From: Myxococcota bacterium
Lineage (GTDB): Bacteria > Myxococcota_A > SURF-8
Assembly: GCA_963674735.2 (NCBI GenBank)
Contig: CAXXQS010000002.1
Coordinates: 2,240,001-2,304,000, forward strand
DNA length: 64,000 nucleotides
Reading direction: 5' to 3'
Shown here: piece after piece, positions 32,478-41,329 of the stretch
Layout: each line of letters opens with the position of its first letter
How positions within the stretch are numbered: the stretch's first letter is position 1
Notes under the pieces: generated by a model
What the model was told of the DNA's origin: nothing
Seen by the model: only the letters and a program-made list of their open reading frames with translations
Database searches by the model: none
Translations under genes and position numbers: made by a program

Positions 32478-34793
32478 TCAAATCCCTTCGCCGTCCGGTG
32501 TTCCTTCGTCATCCGGTGCTCCTGCGCGATCCGGTTGTTTCGCTTGGACCGGGGCGTACTTGGTCCGGATCAGATGGCCCACGACCTCGCGAACGCATTC
32601 GGGGCAGTAGCCAAAGCGCCGTTCCATGCGCTTGAGAACGCCTTCCACCGCTTTGGCTTCTTCGCTTTGCAGTTCACCCTTGCGGTCGGACATGAATTTC
32701 AGCAGGTTCTGGTGCAGCTTTTCGACGCGTGTTTGCTGGCGCGAAAAATAGTGGTCTTCCAGGCGCGCGATCATCTTGGGGAAAATGCGGCCGTAATCCA
32801 TCCCGTTGCTCTCGCCGTCTCGGTTTTCCAGGGCGAACGCGCCGACTCGCGATACCACATCCTCGCGCACGCTTTTCGCTTCTTCATTGGGGGCGATGAT
32901 CCGCTCGACGCTCTTCATGAAGTTTTCGTCCACCGGTCGTTCCTCGCCCGAGACGGGGTCGGTGACCCGTTTTTTGTGGATCCAGGCCGAGGCTTGCGCC
33001 ACGTAACGTTCAAGCAATTGCAGATGTTGCGTTTCCTCCACCATTTCCATGGCGACCAGCAGCTCGCGATCCACTTTGGCGATATAGTAATCTTCTACAT
33101 ATTTCAGTAACTTATCCTGATCGTGGTAGTCACCGTCGGGTTCGATCTGCAACCATTCATAGACGGACTTATCGCGGATGAGGCGGCGCATTTGGCCCAG
33201 CACGTGGCGGACGCCGACGCAGCCGTCACCGGCCTGGGCGGCGTTTTGCAGGATCATTTTGCCTTCGCGCGGCGAGGCTCCGAAACCGCCCTCGTAAAAC
33301 GGGGTGTTGTCGAACTCGTGCAACATTTTGCCGCGTGCGGCCTGCAACTCGGTGGCCTGCACCATGCCCATCCAATCGGGGGTTTCCCCATGGGTGTAAT
33401 AGCGGGCTTTCTCAAGCGGATTGAGACGCTCCATGGCGTCTTTCAATTCGTCGGTGTAATTCTCTGGTTTGGGTCTGCGCAGGCGGGTGAGAACCGCCCA
33501 GACCGCCGTGATATCGGATAGATGCGGGACCACCGGTTTGTCACCGCTTTCCAGCATGAGCTGGGAGTCGTAAATCAGTTGCTCGGCCTCGTAGTCGCGC
33601 AGGTAGGGCACGCGCACCAGTTCCATGCGTCCCTTGAAACTGGTGAAGTCGGGGATCTGCTTGAAATGTTCCAGGTATTTGTCGTTGGACGATCCGATCA
33701 GCACCAGATCGAGGTAGACCAGATAGACATCCAGGCTGACCGTGCCTTTTTCACAGGTTCCGAGCAGATATTTGTAGGCGTCCACCGGGCGTTTGAGCAG
33801 GTCGGAAAACTCCACCACTCCGTGGTTGCTTTGAATCAGGTAGCCTGCTGCGTCGTAAAGCGACAGATTTTGCAGAACCGGCGGCAGCGACGACAGGGAG
33901 CGGTCGGCGGTAATCTGCTGGATACGCGCATCCACCGACATCTGGGGTTCGATGGTCACCGCCCCGATGCGGTAGCGTTCGGAGATGTAGTAGCGCTCCA
34001 CCTGGACGTGCCGCAGCACCTCGGCGTAGTCGCCGTTGTAGGCGCTCAGCAGGGCATCGAAGATCTCGCGGTTTTTGGGCGACAGATCGCCCTCCATCAG
34101 GTATTCGGATAGCTGATGGTCTTTGAAGTCCTCGTTTGTCTGGCGCAGCTCGGTGATGATCCGTCGGCGCTGTTCCTTGGGGATCAGGAAGAAGGGGTTG
34201 TCGCGCAATGGGCAACCGAGTTTGGCGGCGATGCGGTCTTCGGGCAAAAGCGCGTAGGACATTTCGGGGTTGATGGGCGTCTGCTTGTCTTTCGAAAAGC
34301 CGATGGTTTCACGGGTGAAGCGCTCTTCGGGAAAGATCCAGTTAAAATGGTACAGCGCCCCTTCGTCGAGGGTGGAATAATGCTCCAGGCCCTTCATCAG
34401 GCAGCGCACGATGGAGGTCTTGGCGGAGCCGTTGGGGCCGTGCATGAGGATCAGTTTATCGGCCATGCCGACCCGTGCAAAGCCGCGCAGGATGCGGATG
34501 ATCTCGAATTCCACCTCGGCCTGGCCCCACACCGCGCCCTTCCCGCCGTTGAATTTCTGGTCGAAGACGGCGTAGCCTGCCGGGCCGTGGTTACCCCCGT
34601 GTTTACGCGGGCCGTAGTACTCGATCATGTCGGTGAGGTACTGGTAGGCTCCGCGGGTGAAACGCTTCGGATTGGCCTCGAACAGGCTGACGTATTGGTC
34701 GTAGCTCAAGATCGCTTTGCGTGCGGCAAACTGGTCGAGCACGTGTTCGTTGACGGCGGAGAGCAGGTCGGTTTGCTTGTCGGTATCCGTCAT
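32478..34793 (-). CDS. PrkA/YeaG-family AAA+ serine kinase
   Basis: HGPNGSAKTS Walker A, NHGVVEFSDLLKR, FGASPRE, FGYC. Confidence 0.85.
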   Translation of the reverse strand: MTDTDKQTDLLSAVNEHVLDQFAARKAILSYDQYVSLFEANPKRFTRGAYQYLTDMIEYYGPRKHGGNHGPAGYAVFDQKFNGGKGAVWGQAEVEFEIIRILRGFARVGMADKLILMHGPNGSAKTSIVRCLMKGLEHYSTLDEGALYHFNWIFPEERFTRETIGFSKDKQTPINPEMSYALLPEDRIAAKLGCPLRDNPFFLIPKEQRRRIITELRQTNEDFKDHQLSEYLMEGDLSPKNREIFDALLSAYNGDYAEVLRHVQVERYYISERYRIGAVTIEPQMSVDARIQQITADRSLSSLPPVLQNLSLYDAAGYLIQSNHGVVEFSDLLKRPVDAYKYLLGTCEKGTVSLDVYLVYLDLVLIGSSNDKYLEHFKQIPDFTSFKGRMELVRVPYLRDYEAEQLIYDSQLMLESGDKPVVPHLSDITAVWAVLTRLRRPKPENYTDELKDAMERLNPLEKARYYTHGETPDWMGMVQATELQAARGKMLHEFDNTPFYEGGFGASPREGKMILQNAAQAGDGCVGVRHVLGQMRRLIRDKSVYEWLQIEPDGDYHDQDKLLKYVEDYYIAKVDRELLVAMEMVEETQHLQLLERYVAQASAWIHKKRVTDPVSGEERPVDENFMKSVERIIAPNEEAKSVREDVVSRVGAFALENRDGESNGMDYGRIFPKMIARLEDHYFSRQQTRVEKLHQNLLKFMSDRKGELQSEEAKAVEGVLKRMERRFGYCPECVREVVGHLIRTKYAPVQAKQPDRAGAPDDEGTPDGEGI

Positions 34794-34909
34794 GGTTACA
34801 CCCCCGGATGCGTGTTGGTCGATTCGGCGTCAAGCTTTAGGTAAGCTTAACTTATTTATCCGTGCTTGACAATCGGTTTGGTGGGAGTGAGCGGCTTTTC
34901 CCCCTCCCC

Positions 34910-37267
34910 TCACTCGAACAGATCCACCAGGCCCTTTTTACGGTAGGTCGGCTTATAGAGCACCATGCAGATCGGGGTGAGGATCAAGTCGAAGACCATC
35001 GCCAGCGCCACCACGACTCCCGATAACAAGCCGAAAACGTACACCGGCTGGAATTCCGATAGCGTCAGCACCAGGAATCCGGCCGCCAGCGGGATGCTGG
35101 TGCCGATCATGGCGCGTCCGATCAGGCGCACCGTCTCCGCCATGGCGTGGTCGTAGTCGTGTGAGCGCAGGTATTCACGGCGGAAACGCACCATGAAATG
35201 GATGGTCGAGTCGACCGCCATTCCCAGGGCGACCGGGGCCACCATGGCGGTGGTGGAGTCGAGCGGGAAACCCATATAGCCCATCCAGCCCATGGTGATG
35301 GCGATGGGCATCAGGTTGGGGAGCAGTGATACCAGCCCCAGGCCGAGTTCCCCCGCTACCAGGACCATCATGATGGAGATCAAGAGCAGCGAGAGGGAGA
35401 AGCTCTTGATCTGTCCCCAGACCAGCGAGCTGTTCATGTTGGCGTACAACACCGCCGCGCCCGTGACCGACACGTCCACCCCGCGTTCGGTTAGAGGCGC
35501 AAAGATGGCGTGGGTACGGTGCTTCACGCGTTCCACCAGCGCCTGCAATTGAGCCGACGACAAGGTGTGGATGCGGCAGGAGACGCGCCCGTAGCGGTAG
35601 TCGGAGGAGACGAAGTCGTACAGATCGCTTTCGGGGCCGCTCATGGAGTACAGCAGCAGATATTGGGCCGCCGCGGCACGTGATTCCGGCACTTTGTCGA
35701 AAGCCGGGTCGTCGCCGTGCAAGGACTTGTTTATGCGCTTATAGAAGCTGGCGATCGAGACCACACTGGTGAGTGCGTCTTCTTCGCCGCGCAGGTAGGT
35801 GGTCAGTTCCTCCAGTTTGGCGATCACGTCGGGTTCTTTCATGCCGCCCGAACTTTGGGTGTCGATTACGATTTCCATCGAGGAGATACCCGAAAGATTC
35901 TCATCGATGAAGGTATAGGAGGAACGGATGGGCGACTCGGGACGGAAATATTCGAGCAGGTTGGTCTCGACACGGATCTGACTCATTCCCACGATGGCCA
36001 CGACCAGCAGCAGGCCGTTGATCACCAATATGGCTGTACGGTGGCGGCGGATCAGGCGAATGACACCTTCGAGGGCCGTGACACGCCAGCCGCTGGTATG
36101 GGCGCGAGCGACGGCCTTGCCGGGGGTGGGGAAAAACGACAGCAGCGTGGGCACCACCAGAAACGACAGCACGAAGCTCAGCATGATGCCGCCCGAGGCG
36201 AACAGGGCGAATTCGCGGATCGGCTTGATGGCCGAGACCAGGTTGGAGCCGAAGCCCACGGCGGTTGTGGTGGAGTTGAACAGACAGGGGACGAGCGTGG
36301 CCCCGAGCGCCGCCACCAACGCCGCCCGCCGGTTGAGTCCTTCCCCGGCCTGCAGCGCGTAATGAGTTTGGATATGCACGGAACTTGAGACGCCGTAAAT
36401 CAACATCAGCGGCGTCAGGATGGTGCTGACCATGGTGAGCGGAATGCCCGAAAAATAATGGGCCGCCATTAAGACGAAAATGGAGGCCTGCACTGTGCCG
36501 ATGGTGACGAACACGCCGCCGAAGGTGCGGAAAATGATGAACAGCACCACCACCAGCATCGAGAAGATGATGATTTCGAACTTGACGTTTTCCTTCTTCT
36601 GCGTCTCGGCCAGGTCGCTTTTGAGGGCCGGAACTCCGGCGATGCTGATCTTGTATGGGGCGAACTGCGGTTTGGCGGCGATCTCGCGCGCCTGCTGCGT
36701 GATCTGGGTGCGGGTTTCGGTGGAGTCCGCCTCGCCTTCCAGGGTTTCCAGGCGGGCGACCAGCCCGAATGTCGTGGCATCGGCCGAATAAAAATTGCCG
36801 ATGAAATCTTTTTCCGCCATTGCGCGGCTTTTCAAGGCCGCCATCGCTTCGGCGCTCTGCGGGATTTCGGGAGCCAGTTCTTCGACCACGATGGAGTCTT
36901 CCGAGCCGCGTACCGTGCGCACGTTCGTATAGGCGGTGGCTTCCTTTACATAAGGAATGTTCTCCACCGTTTTGCGCAGAGCTTCCACGTCGCGCATCAC
37001 CTGCGTGTCGAAGAGATCGGGAACCTGGGCCGCGATCAGCAGGAATTCGTCGTTGCCGAAAACCTCCTTGAAATGGTTGTAGGCCAGGAGGTCGGGGTCA
37101 TCGTCCAACACCATGGCTTCGACCGAAGGGTCGCGCGGAATTTTATTGTAGTAATACGCGCTCGATCCGGCCAGAACGACCACCAGCAATAAGATGGCGA
37201 TTCGGTGTTTGAGCAGGATTTCCGCGATACGAATCAGTACGGGATTGGAATGGCCCCTCTGTGTCAC
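34910..37267 (-). CDS. MMPL/RND-family transporter
   Basis: Two-repeat multi-TM architecture, TTTAVGF and GMAVDSTIHF; GTG start with GGGAGG RBS. Confidence 0.88.
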   Translation of the reverse strand: MTQRGHSNPVLIRIAEILLKHRIAILLLVVVLAGSSAYYYNKIPRDPSVEAMVLDDDPDLLAYNHFKEVFGNDEFLLIAAQVPDLFDTQVMRDVEALRKTVENIPYVKEATAYTNVRTVRGSEDSIVVEELAPEIPQSAEAMAALKSRAMAEKDFIGNFYSADATTFGLVARLETLEGEADSTETRTQITQQAREIAAKPQFAPYKISIAGVPALKSDLAETQKKENVKFEIIIFSMLVVVLFIIFRTFGGVFVTIGTVQASIFVLMAAHYFSGIPLTMVSTILTPLMLIYGVSSSVHIQTHYALQAGEGLNRRAALVAALGATLVPCLFNSTTTAVGFGSNLVSAIKPIREFALFASGGIMLSFVLSFLVVPTLLSFFPTPGKAVARAHTSGWRVTALEGVIRLIRRHRTAILVINGLLLVVAIVGMSQIRVETNLLEYFRPESPIRSSYTFIDENLSGISSMEIVIDTQSSGGMKEPDVIAKLEELTTYLRGEEDALTSVVSIASFYKRINKSLHGDDPAFDKVPESRAAAAQYLLLYSMSGPESDLYDFVSSDYRYGRVSCRIHTLSSAQLQALVERVKHRTHAIFAPLTERGVDVSVTGAAVLYANMNSSLVWGQIKSFSLSLLLISIMMVLVAGELGLGLVSLLPNLMPIAITMGWMGYMGFPLDSTTAMVAPVALGMAVDSTIHFMVRFRREYLRSHDYDHAMAETVRLIGRAMIGTSIPLAAGFLVLTLSEFQPVYVFGLLSGVVVALAMVFDLILTPICMVLYKPTYRKKGLVDLFE

Positions 37268-37582
37268 GATCTGCCTCCCACTATCTTTACCAGGACTGTT
37301 TCGAGCCTGATTGGATAGGATGGAAAATGATATCCAGGATGCCGGTTGCGCGTCCGGCCGAGGAATCCTATCAAATTGAGACTCGGATGACAATATTTCT
37401 AACAGATGTGGGCTTTGACTTTTTACACGGATGTTGGTAGAATTTGGCCGCAATGCAGTAAAAGCACATTTATGATCCCGGTTTATCCTAATTCTTGGGC
37501 CAGTCGTGAATCCGGGGGAGGGTTCTCAAACCGGCGGTCAGCTTGGGGTTTCTGATACGTACGCTTTCAGCTAGGGGGTACA

Positions 37583-39928
37583 ATGGCGGACAAACCAAGA
37601 CGTTCCGATGGCAAGAAACGATCGCGCGAGAACTCGTGGGACTTTCTCAACAAGCCTATCGGATTCAATTCCATTATCGAACTTCTGAATAAAGAAATCG
37701 AGATCGGCAAAAAGAAGTCGGATGTTGCGATTTTGCCCAATCTCGATCGGCAGGCGGAAGATCTGATCACCCGGGCGGAGAATCTGGCCCGCGCCAACAA
37801 AATCTCGCTGGAAGAGGCGTTGCAAAACTTCGGCATCGATCTCGATGCCGAAGAAGAAGACACCTCCGGCGGCGACACGTCCGGCATGCGCGACAATATG
37901 CTGAAGTCGCTCGACTGGAAGGTGGAGACGGTCGAAGACAGTCCGGCTGCCGCCGATGCTCAGTCCAACTGGGTTCGGCGCGCCACCGACGCCCTGAATG
38001 AGATTCAGACTTACCTCGGGGTGCCCGACAGCGAGCCGATTCTGGCGGCGTTGGAACAAGCCTTGCCTACCGATAAAGTCTTACGCGATCGATTGACGTT
38101 CCTGGAGGTTTGCAGCGACGAAGATTTTCAGGGAGCCGAACAGCGTTTCCGTCAGGGGCGCGGACCGTTCTGGCATATGCTGGTGGAGAGCCCGCAGCGC
38201 GATATTGAGCTTTTCGCCGAGGTGCTGGCCACCATGAGTTATACGCCGATCGCCCGTCCCGAGCAGCCGGTGTTCTGCGAGTGGCTGTTGGATCGCGGTT
38301 ACCTGAACTATCGGACTTTCAAAGAAGCCCGCGCCTTGGCCAAGAAAGAGCGCAGCAGCGTCTGCCGTCTCCTGGCCAGGGAAGATTTCCTGGGGATCAA
38401 ACACTATCTGGAAACCCTGTCCGAATACACCGAGATTCCGGTCTGGACGGCGGCGATTCCGCGTCCGACACCCAAGCTTCTGCGGTCGGTGAAACGGGGT
38501 TGGGTGGAACACTTCGAACTGGCTCCGGTGCGGGTCCAGCGGGATAAACTGGATATCCTGGTATCGTCTCCGCTGTCGCCCGTCATGCTGGAGAAAATTG
38601 CGGCGACCGGCGATTTCAAAATCAATCAACACCTGATCGCCTCCGAAGAACTGCTGAAAATCCGGACCGGGCTTCTGGAAAAGATGGTGGAGAAAGAGGA
38701 GGTCGAACGGCCCGTCAGCGTCAAGACGGCACCCAGCGGCCGCATCCGCACCATTATCGAGTCGGCCTCGGCGGTAAATATGGTGCGCCAGTTGTTCGAG
38801 GGGGCCCTGGAATCGCGCGCCACCGATATTCATATCGATCCCATGCGCGACGGTGCGCGGGTGCGCTTCCGCATCGACGGCCTCTGCTACGATGTCATGC
38901 AGATGGACTCGGAGCTGCTGAACGAGGTCGCCTCACGCATCAAGATCCTGGCCGATCTCGATATCACCGAGAAGCGGCGTCCCCAAGACGGTCACATCAA
39001 GATCGGGATTCGCGGCGAAGAATACGACATGCGCATCGCCACGGTGCCCACCAAGTTCGGCGAGAAAGCCGGTATTCGTCTGGTGTACGCCGGACGCAGC
39101 ATGAAGCCCATGGCGGAACTCGGGCTGCACAAGGACGACTACAAGAAAACCCAGCGCTTCATCAGCATGCCCCACGGCATGATTCTGGCGACCGGTCCGG
39201 TGGGATCGGGTAAGACCACTTCTCTCTATTCCTGCTTGAACGAGATCGACCGCGACTCCAATAATGTCATGAGCATCGAAGATCCGGTGGAACTGACGCT
39301 GCCGGGTGCGAATCAGGTCGAGGCGAATTACAAGTTGCAATTCGGTTTTGCCGAGGGCTTGCGCGCCCTTCTGCGCCAGGATCCGGATACGATTCTGGTG
39401 GGCGAAATTCGCGATGACGAAACGGCGCGCATCGCCATCCGCGCCAGTATGACCGGCTTGCTGGTCTTTTCCACCCTGCATACCAACGACGCTCCGGGTG
39501 CCATTACGGCGCTGTACAACTTCAAGCTGCCTACCCATCTGATCGCCAATTCCCTGGTCGGCATTATCGCTCAGCGGCTTCTACGGCGCATTTGTCCACA
39601 CTGCAAAACCACCTACAAGCCCAAGCAGGTCGACCTCCGTTCGGTCGGTTTCACCGCTGCCGAGGCGAAAACCATCACCAAACTGCACGTCGGCAAGGGC
39701 TGTAAAAAATGTTTCCAAACCGGCTACTTCGATCGTGTCGGCGTTTTCGAGGTGATGGAAGTCACCCCCAAACTGCGCGACATGGTGCTCGATAAGGCAT
39801 CGGAGAAACAGTTGCGTGAAATGGCGATCAAGGAAGGCATGCGCACCTTGGCGATGGATGGCCGAGAAAAAATTCTGGCGGGTGAAACCACGATCGAGGA
39901 ATTCAATCGTGTGATTCGGATCTCGTAA
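37583..39928 (+). CDS. Second GspE/PilB-family ATPase with an extended N-terminus
   Basis: ATDIH, GPVGSGKTT, EDPVE, LRQDPD, CPHC/CKKC. Confidence 0.92.
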   Translation: MADKPRRSDGKKRSRENSWDFLNKPIGFNSIIELLNKEIEIGKKKSDVAILPNLDRQAEDLITRAENLARANKISLEEALQNFGIDLDAEEEDTSGGDTSGMRDNMLKSLDWKVETVEDSPAAADAQSNWVRRATDALNEIQTYLGVPDSEPILAALEQALPTDKVLRDRLTFLEVCSDEDFQGAEQRFRQGRGPFWHMLVESPQRDIELFAEVLATMSYTPIARPEQPVFCEWLLDRGYLNYRTFKEARALAKKERSSVCRLLAREDFLGIKHYLETLSEYTEIPVWTAAIPRPTPKLLRSVKRGWVEHFELAPVRVQRDKLDILVSSPLSPVMLEKIAATGDFKINQHLIASEELLKIRTGLLEKMVEKEEVERPVSVKTAPSGRIRTIIESASAVNMVRQLFEGALESRATDIHIDPMRDGARVRFRIDGLCYDVMQMDSELLNEVASRIKILADLDITEKRRPQDGHIKIGIRGEEYDMRIATVPTKFGEKAGIRLVYAGRSMKPMAELGLHKDDYKKTQRFISMPHGMILATGPVGSGKTTSLYSCLNEIDRDSNNVMSIEDPVELTLPGANQVEANYKLQFGFAEGLRALLRQDPDTILVGEIRDDETARIAIRASMTGLLVFSTLHTNDAPGAITALYNFKLPTHLIANSLVGIIAQRLLRRICPHCKTTYKPKQVDLRSVGFTAAEAKTITKLHVGKGCKKCFQTGYFDRVGVFEVMEVTPKLRDMVLDKASEKQLREMAIKEGMRTLAMDGREKILAGETTIEEFNRVIRIS

Positions 39929-40016
39929 AACCCGAGGCATTAATAAAGCGTATTTAGTCGTTATAGTTTTCAGGTTTGAATTCTTGAAACGATCTTAATG
40001 GATCAAGGAGGCGAGC

Positions 40017-41210
40017 ATGGCCGGAGCGGATGAGAAACTGAAAGCCAAAGTCAAGCAACAGTTGAAAGAACGGGCTACGGTGGATGCAGAGCCGACCGAG
40101 ATGCCCCGCAGCGTTCTCGAAAGTATGCCCACTTCGACGGTTCGTCCGCCGAACCGATTTCTGAAACGCATGGCGAAGCCCTATGAAGTGGCGACTTTCT
40201 TTCGTGAACTCGCCATTCTGGTGGAATCGGGTTACCCGATTTTGCGCGCACTGACCCTGTTGGCCAACAAAATCTCCAACCGACATCTAGCCGACAACGT
40301 CGAGCAGGTCGCCATGCAGGTGGAGAAGGGCTCGACCATGGCCAAAGCCATGGCGGCGTTCCCCTGGTATTTCAGTTCCATGATCGTCTCGATGGTGGAG
40401 GCGGGCGAAACGGGCGGCAACCTGGTCGACTCGCTCAACTCGATCTCCGACGACTTCGAAAACGACGAAGAGATCAACGACAAGATGAAGCAGGCCCTGG
40501 CGTATCCGGTCCTCACCGGCCTCATTTCCCTGTTCGTCTTTTTGGCCATTCTGGTTTTCGTCGTTCCCACCTTCGGCCAAGTCTATGAACAACATAATAT
40601 GGATCTGCCCGCATCGACGGCCCTGCTGGTGGCGCTTAGTAATTTCGTAACCGGTTTCTGGTGGATTTGGGTGCCGGTTCTGGCTTTCTTTGGCTGGTTT
40701 ATCAAGCAAAAGCTGACGGCCAATCTCAACGCCTTCGACGGGCTTTTGCTGCGCGTTCCCATCGTGGGAGAGATCATCATTCTCGGGTCCATGGCGCGTT
40801 TCTCCTCCGGCCTGCGCGTGCTGCTCAATAACGGCGTTCCGATTCTGCAAAGCCTCGAATTGGCCAAAGGTTCCGTGACGAATTCGGTTTTACAGGACAC
40901 CATTCACCGCATGGCGCTTAGCGCCGAGTCGGGCAAATCCCTGGCCCAGCCGATGGCCGAAGCCGGACACTTCCCGCCCATCATGGTGGATATGCTGTTC
41001 GTCGGTGAAGAGAGCGGCCGCCTGCCCTTCGTGCTGCTCCAGGTTTCGCGGGCGTTGCGTTTGCAACTCGACCGCCTCACCAGTCAGATGGCGGTCACCC
41101 TCGGGCCGGTCATGACCCTGGTCGTCGGCCTGATGGTGCTGGTGATTGCGCTGTCGCTGTTTGTGCCGTACTTCGATTTCCTGGGGACGCTGGGAACCGT
41201 TATGCAATAG
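40017..41210 (+). CDS. pilC: PilC/GspF inner-membrane platform protein
   Basis: Two GspF repeats (GETGGNL...ALAYP; GEESGRL), TM helices. Confidence 0.9.
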   Translation: MAGADEKLKAKVKQQLKERATVDAEPTEMPRSVLESMPTSTVRPPNRFLKRMAKPYEVATFFRELAILVESGYPILRALTLLANKISNRHLADNVEQVAMQVEKGSTMAKAMAAFPWYFSSMIVSMVEAGETGGNLVDSLNSISDDFENDEEINDKMKQALAYPVLTGLISLFVFLAILVFVVPTFGQVYEQHNMDLPASTALLVALSNFVTGFWWIWVPVLAFFGWFIKQKLTANLNAFDGLLLRVPIVGEIIILGSMARFSSGLRVLLNNGVPILQSLELAKGSVTNSVLQDTIHRMALSAESGKSLAQPMAEAGHFPPIMVDMLFVGEESGRLPFVLLQVSRALRLQLDRLTSQMAVTLGPVMTLVVGLMVLVIALSLFVPYFDFLGTLGTVMQ

Positions 41211-41234
41211 CTTCGGCTTCGTTCGATCTTTCAC

Positions 41235-41268
41235 GCACGGGGAGCTACCGCTTCCCGTGCTTTCGTTT
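41235..41268 (+). terminator. Intrinsic terminator after pilC
   Basis: GCACGGGGAGC-tacc-GCTTCCCGTGC followed by TTTCGTTT. Confidence 0.7.
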
Positions 41269-41329
41269 GAGAGGGCGTAACCTGCTTAAAAAACTAGACG
41301 ATTTTCGCAAAATGTGGTAGTAGGGATGC

